A DNA stretch of 64,000 nucleotides, from the NCBI RefSeq assembly GCF_006345805.1, contig NC_043007.1, positions 10,230,001-10,294,000 of the forward strand, read 5' to 3'. Numbering within the stretch: the first letter of the stretch is position 1; each line of letters opens with the position of its first letter. Positions 36,601-49,566 of the stretch are shown one piece after another. This DNA comes from Octopus sinensis. Taxonomy: Eukaryota. The translations under genes were made by a program, and so were the position numbers. Under the pieces are notes generated by a model that saw only the letters and a list, made by a program, of their open reading frames with translations, ran no database searches and was not told the DNA's origin.

Positions 36601-36862
36601 AATTCTCCTGAGCGGCGATCATCGAGCTTCTGTTGTTAGGTTCTATCTATCTATCGATCTATCGATGGATGGGTGGATGGAATTCTCCTGAGCGGCGATC
36701 ATCGAGCTTCTGCTGTTAGGTTCGATGTGTATACGTGTGTGTGTGCATGTATATGTATGGATGGATGAAATTCTCCTGAGCGGCGAGCTTCTGTTGTTAG
36801 GTTCGATGTGTATGCGTGTGTGTGTATGTATATATATATATATATTATATATATATACATAT

Positions 36863-36939
<77 letters not shown>

Positions 36940-37045
36940 TGTATGCATGTATGTATGTATGCATGCATGTATGTAATGGATGGATGGACGGATGAAATTC
37001 TCCTGAGCGGCGATCATCGAGCTTCTGTTGTTAGGTTCGATGTGT
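36601..37045. repeat. Four copies of a 43-bp core separated by microsatellite spacers
   Basis: AATTCTCCTGAGCGGCGATCATCGAGCTTCTGTTGTTAGGTTC at 36601, 36681, 36769 (7-bp deletion) and 36996. Confidence 0.92.
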
Positions 37046-37066
37046 ATACGTGTGTGTGTGAGCATG

Positions 37067-37098
<32 letters not shown>

Positions 37099-37309
37099 TG
37101 TATGTATGTATGTATGTATGTATGGATGGATGGATGGATGGATCTTAATCCGTCTGTCTGTCCTTGTTTGTCTCCTCTGTGTTTAGCCCCTTGTGGGTAA
37201 TAAAGAAATAGGCATTTTGTTCTTTGTCACGTTCCACTGAGGCAGACTTTGCCTTTCATAGTTTCCGGGTTGATAAAATAAGTACAAATTGAACACTGGA
37301 GTCAACGTA

Positions 37310-37824
37310 CCGTAAATCCTCGAGTATAGTCCGCCCTTGAGTATAGTATGCTGGGAATTTTTAGCGGGCTGTACCTCTGAAAAACCTAAACCTTGTGTAT
37401 AATACGCACCCCTTCTCTAACTTGAGTCAGGGAGGTCTATATAACGTCCTTGGTTTGTAAAAATGTATACGGTAACGTCCTTTATTATTATTGTATATAT
37501 AACATAGTGCAAACGTGTAGCTTTTTTGTGCATTTTGTCTGCAGAAAATAAAGAAATAACAGTAATAACGTTTAATAAATGTTGCTTACTGCAAGTTATG
37601 GATGATTCATTTATGAGTTCATTGCTTTCAGGCTTAGCTTAAGGTATTTTCGCGCCCAACATCACAAAATACGTCTGAATAAACATTGCTGGACAGTAAA
37701 TAGAGACTCGGGCATTGCTTAGAAAATAATTTTCATTTTTAACCTTGTATATAGTACACACTAGTGATTTTGACCTTTAAATTTTGCGAAAAAAAAAATG
37801 TTGATTACACTCAAGGATTTACGG
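37310..37824. mobile_element. pogo/Tigger-like MITE
   Basis: TA|CCGTAAATCCTCGAGT and ACTCAAGGATTTACGG|TA. Confidence 0.8.
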
Positions 37825-38289
37825 TAATCAATTTAACGTCTATCCCGAAGTTTCTAAAATTTGGAATCAGTAGTCTAAGGGAAATAACTAATAAAAAGAA
37901 TATAGTTCTTATTTCCCTTTAAGTTATGTGTAACCGTCTCGGAAGTTACAAATTTATAAGTGCAGAAGGGCATAACTCCGCACTCCTTCACAAAGTTAAA
38001 TAATACATGGAAATAATTCACTGCTTTGTAAGCGCGCGCACACACAACACATAAACTGAAATATTTATAGTTCATCTTTGTTCGGTGTCATATGAAGCGG
38101 TAGTTGGATGAATGAATTTAAGGTCTGGCAAAATCATTAAGAAGGCATTGGTCTGTCGGGGAGCAATAGCAGAGAACACTTGCCCAAGGGGCCACGCAGT
38201 GGTAAAGGCAACAAAGCGAGCTTCTTAACCTCATTGTAAAACTTGAACCCATTACAGAAAGATAAAGCAAAAGCTATATACATATATAT

Positions 38290-38615
38290 ATATATATATA
38301 TATACTCTTTTACTTGTTTCAGTCATTTGACTGTGGCCATGCTGGAGCACCGCCTTTAGTCGAGCAAATCGACCCCGGGACTTATTCTTTGTAAGCCTAG
38401 TACTTATTCTATCGGTTGTCAAGCGATGTTGGAGGCGCGGGGGGGGGGGACAAACACAGACACACAAACATATACACACGCATACATATCCACTCATAAG
38501 GCTTTGGTCGGCCCGAGGCTATAGTAAAAACACTTGCCCAAGGTGCCACGCAGTAGGACTGAACCCGGAACCATGTGGTTAAGCAAGCTGCTTACCACAC
38601 AGCCACTCCTACGCC
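38290..38615 (-). mobile_element. SINE-C with internal deletions
   Basis: Both SINE-C modules present, shortened. Confidence 0.8.
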
Positions 38616-38698
38616 TATACGTATATAGATAGGTAAATATATATAAATAAATAAATAAATAAATATATATACATATATATATATATAATATATATATA

Positions 38699-38783
<85 letters not shown>

Positions 38784-38797
38784 CTGTCCACTTATCC

Positions 38798-39049
38798 TAG
38801 TGGTTCTCAACCGGGGTTCATATTGCCTTCGGGGGTCTCTTTAAGATTTTGTTGTAAAAATTTACCTCCAATAAACTGGTTATATTTATTCAATATTTCA
38901 ACGATTTCTTTTTATACATTTCCTAATAATATTTAATTATAAAAAATATAACACGATTATTTTATAACATTGAATGGTTATGAGGCTCGACCCGAGTAAA
39001 ATATGAATCGAAGGGGTCCACAGGTAAAGTATATGGTTGAGAACCACTT
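38798..39049. mobile_element. hAT-like MITE
   Basis: TIRs TAGTGGTTCTCAACC / GGTTGAGAACCACT; TSD not clear. Confidence 0.7.
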
Positions 39050-39054
39050 ACTCT

Positions 39055-39395
39055 CTTACTCTTATACTTGTTTCAGTCATTTGACTGCGGCCATGCTGGA
39101 GCACCGCCTTTAGTCGAGCCAATTGATCCTTATTCTTTGTAAGCTTATTCTATCGGTCTCTTTTGCCGAACCGCTAAGTGACGGGGGACGTAAACGGTTG
39201 TCAAGCAATGCTAGGGGGACACAACACAGACACACAAACACACACATATTTATACATATATACGACAGGCTTCTTTCAGTTTCCGTCTACCAAATCCACT
39301 CACAAGGCATTGGTCGGCCCGGGGCTATAGCAGAAGACATTGCCCAAGATGCCACGCAGTGGGACTGAACCCGGAACCATGTGGTTGGTTAGCAG
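39055..39395 (-). mobile_element. SINE-C
   Basis: Full architecture, head truncated. Confidence 0.85.
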
Positions 39396-39828
39396 ACTTA
39401 AACTATCGTTTTGATCCCTTTTTTTCATGAGACCGATTAATAGGGAAATCTGAAAATAAGCCAGAAAAACTCAGGGAGCAACAAAATTATAAAGGTCTAT
39501 CTTAACTGCTTTAGTCCAAAAGAAATCATACATTTTCTTATATCCATAACTAATGATATCAAAACAGCCAAATTATTAAATTTGGAAACAGGCCAATAAT
39601 CTTCAGGATCTTAAATCTCAATAAGTACCCAAGCGAAGTAGAATCATACAGATCCATCACCTTCTTTAGGTACAAGCATGGGTGTGTCGTAAAGAAACTC
39701 ACTTTGCAGCTACGTGGTTTCGGGTACAGTCCACTGCATGGCATTTTGCTTGTTTCCAACTATAACCGCGGACCGAACATTGGCTTGTAAGTGAATTTAG
39801 TAGACGGAAAATGTGTGAAAGCCCCTCC

Positions 39829-39882
<54 letters not shown>

Positions 39883-39937
39883 GCGGTGCCCCAGTATGGC
39901 CACAGCTCGTGAGCTGAAACTAGATAAAATGAAAAGG

Positions 39938-39974
<37 letters not shown>

Positions 39975-40029
39975 TGTAGTCTAATGACTGAAAGAAGTAA
40001 AAGATTATATATATATATATCTTCGTTTT

Positions 40030-40250
40030 TACTCTTTTACTTGTTTCACTCATTTGACTGTGGCCATGCTGGAGCACCGCCTTTAGTCGAATAAATAGAC
40101 CCCAGGATTTATTCTTTGTAAGCCTAGTACTTATTCTATCGGTCTTTTTTGCCGAACCGCTAAGTTACGGGGACGTAAACACACCACCGTCGGTTGTCAA
40201 GCGATGCTGGGGGACAAACACAGACACAGAAACACACATACATACATGCA

Positions 40251-40315
<65 letters not shown>

Positions 40316-40485
40316 CTCTCTCTCACTCTATATATATATATATATATACATATACGATGGGCTTCTTTCGGTTTCCGTCAACCAAATCCACTCACAAGGC
40401 TTTGGTCAGCCCGAGGCTATAGTGCCACGCAGTGGGACTGAACTCAGAACAATGTGGTTGGTACCACACAGCCACTCCTGCGCCT
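40030..40485 (-). mobile_element. SINE-C
   Basis: Full architecture with internal (TACA)n/(TCTA)n. Confidence 0.85.
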
Positions 40486-40522
40486 ATATATTAGATTATT
40501 ATAACAAAATAAAATAATATCA

Positions 40523-40582
<60 letters not shown>

Positions 40583-41187
40583 AGTAAACATGTTTCTTCC
40601 TGCGCTCGTGAACATTTTTTCCTCGTCTAGGCTTATAGGCCCTCATTATTTGTTTTCCTGTCCTGTTTTCATTCCTTCTTGTACTGTATTTTTTGTAATT
40701 GTATTTTTATTTTGTATTTGTTTTTAATTGTATTGTTTTTACGTCCTCTTTTTGTCACATTTTTTTTCCTTGTTTTTACCCCTCTGCAAAGGAATTTTAT
40801 TTAATTGTTTCGCAGGAAGGATTAGATCGACGAGACGTGTTCTGTCCTCACCTTCGAAACACGCTGGAGTTGAACTAGGGACAGCTGATGAAGGGGATTT
40901 TTCCTTGTGTAGTTGTCTTGTACTCTGTTTTTTCGTTGTTAAAAAATGGTCCGTTCCATGCTGTTTTTACTTTTTCGTTTCTCGTTGAGTTCTACGTCTA
41001 TTTGTGGTGTCCTGTACACACGTATATATATTTATATATGCATGTATATATACATGTAGATGTAGGTACGTACATATATGTTTGTATGTATGCATATATT
41101 TTATTTATTACACTATTGTATGACTCAGCGCCCTCGCGTCGATTCGATTCGATTCGTTTCGTTTCGTTTCTTCTTCTTCTCTAAGCT

Positions 41188-41285
<98 letters not shown>

Positions 41286-41339
41286 ATACGTGAACGAAAG
41301 ACGGAAGATAGAAGATAGGAGATAGGAGAATTTTAGTAA

Positions 41340-42070
41340 TCACGACAATTGTTATGACACATCTAGTATCGATCACTTACGGGTGGAACACTTAACAACT
41401 GGTTCAGGAGCAGCCGGCAGTGCAGATGTGTCTCTTCGGATGATAAATAGACATAACTCGTTAAAATAACAGTTCTGCAATGTTTCTTCTCATTTCGGAT
41501 AAAAAAAAGCAACGTTGTTACGATAACGATTCTTAAATGAATCAGCCGTCTGCCCAATATAAACATACACCCTCCCCTTGTATGCACGGTACATCTATAT
41601 GCAAGATTTGTACTTATATAGAGGTTCATCAATGGGCATTATGATTTTTCTCTGTATGAGCAGTTATCAAATTTATTTGTATATATGGCAGTTCTGACTT
41701 CCCTTTCCGATATTGTTACCGTGTTAGCTATATCATAATAACTTCTACTATCAAAATTTAGCCGTATATGATGCTTTTCATTGCGGCTTACATCTCCTTT
41801 GTTGGTATTTAGGTGCATATATTTTTTCTAGATCCAGTAGGTGGATTATTAAACTGTTGTCGCATTTTGCTGTTGTTTACGCGATGCATATGCTGCTCTA
41901 AATTAGCAGAGTTAGCGTAGGATACCTTCACGGTGTACCGATTAAAAATAGCATGGTATCTATTAGATTCGGGAAAAACATTTGTCCAAAGTGGTATCAA
42001 ATTTTCCGGCAATCTTGGTTGATACTTGCGAACCGAAAATTGGGTTGAACCAGAGAACATCATGCTTTCT
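41340..42070 (-). pseudogene. Penelope-like element remnant (RT C-terminus and GIY-YIG)
   Basis: FPESNRYHAIFNRYTVKVSY; YIGQTADSFKNRYRN. Confidence 0.7.
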
Positions 42071-42560
42071 ATATCTGTTGTTTGACTTACTTCATCTAGT
42101 GTGTTGTACAGGATTGGAACTATTTACTGTATTATGAGCAGTTGGATTATTGTGCCATGTGCATCTGTGACTTTTCGTTGGTATTTCATTGCCTAAAAGG
42201 CGGAATGGCCATAGCTAGCATACATTACATCATTTTTATTGTTAAGTATTCCAATTGTTATAGTTGAAGTTTAGCAAATAAGAATAACACTTAAACTAAT
42301 ACACAGTATTCTACTTAACGTCAGCATCAACAAAGCTTTTGACTTAATTCTCCGCTATCTACTTGTACATAAAATACTTAACATTGCTTACAGCAGGCAT
42401 AGCTGTGCTGTAAAAAGTTTGCTTCCCAGAAATATAGTTGCTTGTTCACTTCCACCGCGTGATACTTTAGCCAAATGTCTTCGACTGTCGTCACAGGTTG
42501 ACCAAAACTTTGTCCGTGGATTTAGTTGACAGACACTGAAAGAAGTATATCATATATATA

Positions 42561-43660
42561 CAGGATATGATGGGTAAATTGTCACCATTTTATATTTGTA
42601 ATTTCGCGCACGCGCATTGTAGTTTCATTTTGTCGACTACACAGTATAGTAGGGTCAGTTGGGCACAGTCTGTTAGCAAAACAGCACCATGATGCAGTTC
42701 ACTCTGCCAGAAATTTGGAAAAGACATGCTGTACTGCTTGGAATTCGTGCCGGAAGCTCTAAAACGAAGAGCAGGAAGCTCCAAAACGAACATGTACCGA
42801 TAGTGATAAAAATCAAACATCCAGTCAACATCATGGTGTTTGGAGTGATCACTAGTGATGGCGACGTTATACCTCCATTCATCTTTCCACACGGCCTCAG
42901 ACTCAATACAGAGACCTACATCAAGTGCCTGGAGGATGTAGTGCTTCCCAGGATGAAGAGGGTGGTTGCTGGAAGGCTCTGTGTCTGGCAACAGGAGTCT
43001 GCACCATGCCACACAAGCTGGAGAACCCAGTCATGGCTATCAGACAATTTGTGCGGCCACATCATCCCTAACATCTGGTCATCTAACTCCCCAATTGCAA
43101 TCCTTTTGATGATTATGCCTGGGGTGCAGTTGAGCAAGAGACCAACTAAACTCCTTGTAACACCAAAGATGAACTGAAGGAAAGGATTATGGCAGCATTC
43201 ACCAACCTAAACAAGGAGACCGTCCAGAAGAGTTGCAAGAGATTCCGAAGTCGTCTGGAGGCTGTGGTTGAACCCAATGGCAATTTTATTGAATAGATTT
43301 ACTCTTTAGTATTTCAAGATATTTTTATGGGTGTTCAAAATATCTCTCCGCAGTGAATTTATTTCATCCTGACACTAAGAGACTCAGACTCTCCAAGATG
43401 TATTTCAAAACATGTGTAGAAGAGTCTGCTTATGTATTGAAAATGAAGGACGACACTTTCAACACCTCTTATAAAGTTTTTAAAGTCTTGTAAAGTCCAA
43501 TATATTCTTTTGTAGCCGTATACCATTTTATAAATATGTATTTTGCAATAAAATACTTACTGCGGAGAGACGTTTTGAACACCCTGTATATGCTAAATGA
43601 GATGTCAGTGTTATTTTTATTTTTGCGTAATATAGACGACAGTTTATTCACCGCCCCCTG
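42561..43660 (+). mobile_element. Internally deleted Tc1/mariner element of DD37D (maT)-like type
   Basis: TA|CAGG..AAATTGTC left TIR and GACAGTTTATTCACCGCCCCCTG|TA right TIR; IMVFGVITSDG, WQQESAPCH, frameshifted DCNPFDYYAWG..RFRSRLEAVV. Confidence 0.85.
43328..43586. mobile_element. Tc1-like MITE nested in the DD37D-like element
   Basis: GGGTGTTCAAAATATCTCTCCGCAGT / ACTGCGGAGAGACGTTTTGAACACCCTG|TA. Confidence 0.8.
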
Positions 43661-43863
43661 TATATATAAGCAGTAAAAGGGATAAAAAATCCAGACTGAT
43701 ATCAATAAAGCACTCAATGTTAAATGCTCTTAGTAAACTATTTCAAAGAATGAGACACCAATAAATGCAAGTAGAATAAACATCCATGGTAATTCCTCAT
43801 AGGGAAAAAGGAGACATGAAATATGGTTACGTTTAGTTTCAACACTATATATATATATATATA

Positions 43864-44256
43864 TCTTTATATATAAAAGTGAAGTTGTGTGTCTGTCTCC
43901 TACGATTTAAATTCCTAACTACTCCTACATTTTGCGGTGCAGTGTAACCAAAAGTGGGTATCTTATAGTCGTGATTCATATCGAGCCCTTTTGGGTATTA
44001 GCGCGCGTCTACGATGAGTCTACGATTTAAAAAAAAAATTACCATAATTTTTTCCCATTTCTAATGCATTTTTTTGCTATTATATAAGGGAAGTAACTCT
44101 CTAAAAATGTATTATTAAATCTCAGAACGTAAAAAGCTACAGTAACACTCCCTTTGTGGTTAGCCATATTAAGATGGCTATTATACTTTACATCTTTAAA
44201 AATGGTAATATAGTTTTTTCTCTTACAAACCCGAGCAACGCCGGGCGATACTGCTA

Positions 44257-44257
<1 letters not shown>
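43864..44257 (+). mobile_element. Non-autonomous Helitron, family 1
   Basis: A|TC at 43864; hairpin; CTAG|T at 44254-44258. Confidence 0.9.
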
Positions 44258-44289
<32 letters not shown>

Positions 44290-44291
<2 letters not shown>

Positions 44292-44420
44292 AAATTCACA
44301 GAAAACAAAAGACGAAGACAGGTAAAGGAACACAATCAGGTGTATTAGTTTAACGCTCGGGAAGAATGGAAAAGTCTTTGACGTTTCGAGCCTACGCTCT
44401 TCGATAGAAAGGCTAAAGAG
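44290..44420 (-). mobile_element. Inverted Penelope-type terminal repeat with variant hammerhead
   Basis: Minus strand CTTT-CTATCGA-A-GAGC-GTAG-GCTC-GAAAC-GTC-AAAG (44376-44411), upstream of the + strand Penelope ORF. Confidence 0.65.
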
Positions 44421-44679
44421 GAAGAAAAACAGCGGAGTAAGAACAAAAGGGCGTGGGGGAAACGGATAGAGAAAGAATGTGTAGGGATTAACGGTTTAAG
44501 ATGATGAAATGACCGGAAAAAAGATGCTGAATGAAAAAGAGAAACGAAGCGGTTACTGGAAAAAGAGACATAAAATATCGTTGAATTTAACTCCGAACAC
44601 ACTCTCTCTACATATATAATGGCTTCCCTCCCCTCCCACATCTACGACACTAACCATGCTCTCCATCTCTTTAACTCTT

Positions 44680-46030
44680 TCTTCTTCCCTTCCGGCCCCT
44701 CTAATTTCTGTTCACTTTTGATATCAAGAATTTATATACGGTGATCCCATACAACGAAGGACTTCTTGCGCTGAAATACTTTCTGGACCTTCGACCTGAC
44801 CCCCAACGTGACACCTCCACACTTCTTCGTCTGACTGAACTTGTTCTCTCCCTCAACTGCTTCTTGTTCGCGGGGGATTTTTACCAATAGGTCTCGTAGG
44901 TGGCCACGGGAACGAGAATGGGCCCCCAACTAAGCGAACCTGTTCGTTGGCTACGTTGAAGCCCAAATATTCTCACAATTCACTAGTCCCACTCCCTAAC
45001 TATACGGTCGTTATATCAATGAATGTATCGACACGACCTCACTCTCCCGCAAACAACTAGACTCCTTCCTTTCTTTTGTCCAATCCTTCTATCCTGCCTT
45101 CGAATCCTCCTGTGCCATCACTAACTCTTCCATCGAATTTTTCGACATTTCTGTCAGAATACACCTCATCGCTCTCATTACCTCCATCCACTACAAACAC
45201 TGACACGCACTCCTACATTAGCTTATCCTCCTTCCACCCTACCCACACCAAGCTCTCCATTTCCTACTCCCAATTCCTCCATCTGCGCGGGCTCTGCAGT
45301 GACAACCATGACTTTGAGACTCAGTCTCAACTCATGGCACGCCACTTCATCCGACGTGAATATCCCTTCACCACTGTCCACACTGCCCTTGTCAGGGGAC
45401 GATCTGTGGACCGTGCCGCTGTTCTTTCTCCTCGCACCCGCCCCGTCGTTGCCCGTCTTCCGTTTCCCCTCACCTACCACCCCTCTTCCCTGCCCTTCTA
45501 ACGCCCATTCTCCGAGCCTTCCAGCGACTCCAGTCCGACCCCTCCACCTCACATATCTTCCCCAACTAACTCCTTCCCTCCTTCATATGAGCCCATAATC
45601 TGCTTGACCTCCTGGTCCACACTTTCTTCCCCAACCCAACTTCCCAGCCTGGCTTGTTGCCCTGATCCCGCCCACGCTGTCGCACTTGCCCTTACCTCTC
45701 CAACACCACCATCCTCACAGGTACCCATTACCATATTATCACACCACCGACTCCTTTACCTGCACTTCTAGTAACGTCATTTACTGCATCTCCTATTTTC
45801 TCTATCCTTCCCTGTATATCGGTCAAACGGGACGCCGCTTGGCCGACCGGTTTGCAGAATAACTCCGAGACATCAGACTCGGCAATGACACCCAGGTCTC
45901 GCTCCATTTCCACTCTACCGGTCATTCGCTACAACTTCTGTCTGCGTTCAGACTGTCTTTGCACAGTGGCCATCCGGACTCTCGCCTTTGCCATGAACCG
46001 GAATTAATCTTTTCTCTTCGCTCCTTTGCT
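44680..46030 (+). pseudogene. Penelope-like retroelement RT plus GIY-YIG endonuclease, decayed
   Basis: ANLFVGYVE, THSYISLSSFHPTHTKLSISYSQFLHLRGLCS, TCTSSNVIYCI..YIGQTGRRLADRF. Confidence 0.9.
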
Positions 46031-46768
46031 CCACATGAGCGCAACTCACTTCATCTGACACCAACCTCATCTCCTCTCTTCATTTGATACCAACCCCATA
46101 CCACTCTTCACAAACTAGCATTGACCACTTCCCAGCACCCACACCACACACCATCATCCACATAGTTAAGTACAATCTTCAATAGCATCACCCCTCGTAC
46201 CACTATGAGCAACCACATACACTGCTAAACTCAGAACAGACTATATGCTATCATGCACATTCCCACACACACACACAAGCACATAATTCCTGAACACAGG
46301 CTATATATACATATACACGCTACACTCTTTAAAACACGCAGCATACATAGACAAAAATAACTTTCGCCCGCATATATACTCCGTACATATACACACTGTT
46401 TGGCCACAGACACACGCACACACATACACACACACGTGTGCATACATCTCATGAAAAACCACACGTCAACTTCTACACAAGACCATGGGGCACCTTTGAA
46501 CGAATTTATGGAATTTATGTCTACACTATCCACTTGTAATAACAAAATATGAACTCCTATCGGAATCTACATACCATGGACAAGAAGCATTTCTACCCAT
46601 TCTAAATACCACTTTCCTTAGATAATAGAACTGCAACTGTAACATCCTACATATATTTTTACTTCTATATTTATTCTCTTATTTCCTTTTATACTTCCTA
46701 TATACATCGTTTTCCAAAATAACTCCTTATATTGAACTCTATTTCCCTCTAGTTAACTCTCTCAAATC

Positions 46769-46816
46769 GTCGCCGATGAAGGGATATCCTTAATATCCCA
46801 GAAACAGCTGTAAGAC
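46769..46816 (+). ncRNA. Type I minimal hammerhead ribozyme motif (two apparent mutations)
   Basis: GTCG-CCGATGA-A-GGGATAT-CCTTA-ATATCCC-A-GAAAC-AGCT-GTA-AGAC. Confidence 0.7.
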
Positions 46817-47034
46817 TACCATTCTTTTTAATAAATGTCCTCTAAATTCCACACAGTCTTGGTTTTGTTGTCTCATTTTATTTAACATATACATGCTCAT
46901 AGAAGACCCGCATTAGACTCCTCACTCGTATTATTATCGAACAGAGAGTCTAACTACGGTCCTCCCGTAGCACTTATATCGCCTTACCTGCCAACTTGGG
47001 TCTTCCGGATACCGATACCTCTCATGTATATATA

Positions 47035-47070
<36 letters not shown>

Positions 47071-47080
47071 TGTATGTATG

Positions 47081-47122
<42 letters not shown>

Positions 47123-47437
47123 TACATACATACACACACATATACAGGGTAGTGCAAAAGTAGGTATACAGTTATGAAAAAAGAAAAGATGTACAATGGT
47201 CATTTATTTTTATTAAAACAATTCTAAGTTATGCTTATAAGTATTATTATAGTTGTGATAAATATATTGGGTCAGTCCATAAATAACGCGGTTTTTTCAT
47301 TCTTTTTTTAATCTAAAATATACTCTCCTTCATTTTCTACATTGCTCTTCCATCCATCTGGAAGACGTGCAAGGGCCCTCTTCCAAAATTCACTTGTCCC
47401 TCACGCTTCTTGTCTGATCCCTATATACTGCATTAAT

Positions 47438-47670
47438 TAAGGCGGCGAGCTAGCAGAAACGTTAGCACGCCGGGCGAAATGCGAAGCCGTATTTCGTCTG
47501 CCGTTACGTTCTGAGTTCAAATTCCGCCGAGGTCGACTTTGCCTTTCATCCTTTCGGGGTCGATAAATTAAGTACCAGTTACGCACTGGGGTCGATGTAA
47601 TCGACTTAATTAAATGTCTGTCCTTGTTTATCACCTCTGTGTTTAGCCCCTTGTGGGTAGTAAAGAAATA
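47438..47670 (+). mobile_element. SINE-A monomer
   Basis: Perfect 16-bp TSD TATATACTGCATTAAT (47422-47437, 47671-47686). Confidence 0.95.
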
Positions 47671-47786
47671 TATATACTGCATTAATACTACTCGCACTTC
47701 CGGTTCCGTTGTTGCCTTTATTGGACTCATAAAACAAAATACGCCGAATATGCTCCTTTGTCACTTCCATTATAGCTTCGAAAAAA

Positions 47787-48178
47787 TCTTTATATATAAA
47801 AGTAAGGTTGTGTGTCTGTCTCCTACGATTTAGATTCCTAACTACTCCCACATTTTGCGGTGCAGTTTAACCAAAACCGGGTATCTTATAGTCGTGATTC
47901 ATATCGAGCCCGTCTGGGTATTAGCGCGCGTCTACGATGAGTCTACGATATTAAAAAAATTTACTATCATTTTTTTCCATTTTAATGCATTTTTTTCGCT
48001 ATTAAATAAGTAACTCTCTAAAAATGTATACGATGAGTCAACGATTTAAAAAAAAATTTACCATCATTTTTTCCTATTTTTAATGCATTTTTTTGCTATT
48101 TCTTGGCTATAACTCTCTAAAAATGCTTATATAGTTATTTCCCTTACAAACCCGAGCAACGCCGGGCGATACTGCTAG
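47787..48178 (+). mobile_element. Non-autonomous Helitron, family 1
   Basis: A|TC at 47787; CTAG|T at 48175-48179. Confidence 0.92.
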
Positions 48179-48499
48179 TAACTGATAAAATCGAACTGCA
48201 CTCTTCAAAACTTGCACTAAGAATAAGGATAAGGTAAAATTACCACCTGCTTTTATAGCAAGTTGATGCAGGTATTTGATCCCGTACTCCTCCGACTTTT
48301 AAGTCCATGCAATTGAAAAAACCGCATTATTTATGGGATGACACTGAAAATATGGAAAACGAGGCTAACTAATTTAATGTGCTAATAATTTTAATGAATT
48401 AAGTATAACATAGATGTGCTACTTATTGTATACCAACTTTTGCATCACCCGCCGCCTATATAAGAGAATGATTGACCTCTATATCTGACTCCAAGAAAA

Positions 48500-49330
48500 C
48501 GAACGTTGGAGTATCTGCACGCTGTACCTTAAAGAACAGCCGCAAGAAAAGTGAGCCTTGTTCGTTGTGCAACAACATGAGTGAAGTGAATTTCATTAGA
48601 AATCTTAACAGAAATGTTATGATTTATACAGAAGGTGGAACATGTAAAGATTCCCATTTGGTGTGGATGGAAGCACTCCGTCGGTTACGACGACGAGGGT
48701 TCCGGTTGATCCGATCAACGGAACAGCCTGCTCGTGAAATTAACGTGTGAATGGCTGAGCACTCCACAGACACGTGTACCCTTAACGTAGTTCTCGGGGA
48801 TATTCAGCGTGACACAGAGAGTGACAAGGCCGGCCCTTTGAAATACAGGTACAACAGAAACAGGAAGTAAGAGTGAGAGAAAGTTGTGGTGAAAGAGTAC
48901 AGCAGGGATCACCACCATCCCCTGCCGGAGCCTCGTGGAGCTTTTAGGAGTTTTCGCTCATAAACACGCACAAAGCCCGGTCTGGGAATCGAAACCGCGA
49001 TCCTACGACCGCGAGTCCGCTGCCCTAACCACTGGGCCATTGCGCCTCCACCCATTTGGTGTACGCTGCAGAATGCACGAAACACAACTTAACAACTAAA
49101 CAAAAGGTTTAATGGGCACAGATTCGACGTCAGGCACAATAACAGTAGTTCGACAGAACTTGCTGAACATTTCGTTTCAAGCGGCTTCAATTTTAAAGAA
49201 GACTTGAAAGTGCATATTCTCAGAAAATATTCTGAATCTACTTCACTTTCACTTCTCAGAATGTATGAGGAGAAATACGTTTGCGGGTTATTAACATCAC
49301 GCCCTGGAGGATTGAATAAGATGACATGAG
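48500..49330 (+). pseudogene. Penelope-like GIY-YIG C-terminal remnant split by SINE-D
   Basis: TCKDSHLV|YAAECTKH, KRFNGHRFDV..LAEHF..PGGLN*. Confidence 0.75.
48665..49050 (-). mobile_element. SINE-D, full length
   Basis: 12-bp TSD CCCATTTGGTGT (48653-48664, 49051-49062). Confidence 0.95.
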
Positions 49331-49566
49331 AATATCATCAAATTTATACAAAACTGTTTGATTAAATATTCTTCTTTCTCTCTTTTTCTTTCCTTTTTTC
49401 TGTCGTCTTCTTTTTTCTGTTTATTTCTGTCTTTTCCTTTCCGCCTGTTATAAAATTGTAACTTAAAAACTGATGATGTCATTCCATCAACATATGGACG
49501 CTGGTTGCTCTCGTTCATACTTTACGTTTAAATTTCTATAATTTTGAATTTTTATCACTTCTTATT

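Larger units (their letters stand above)
47267..48345 (-). mobile_element. Internally deleted mariner
   Basis: TIRs GGTCAGTCCATAAATAACGCGGTTTTTTCA / TGAAAAAACCGCATTATTTATGGGATGAC; MEVTKEHIRRILFY and FWKRALARLPDGW..EGEYILD*. Confidence 0.8.
47145..48450. mobile_element. Tc1-like MITE hosting nested inserts
   Basis: TA|CAGGGTAGTGCAAAAGTAGGTATACA and TGTATACCAACTTTTGCATCACCC; same TIR type as 25009-25492. Confidence 0.75.

Noticed and set aside
35290-37045. CRISPR-like appearance (palindromic repeats, core plus spacer)
   Set aside because: Spacers are near-identical or microsatellite rather than unique, there are no cas genes, and the context is eukaryotic.
40880-40915. CTGATGAAGGGG as another hammerhead
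   Set aside because: No matching stem II partner or GAAA follows; at most a truncated remnant.
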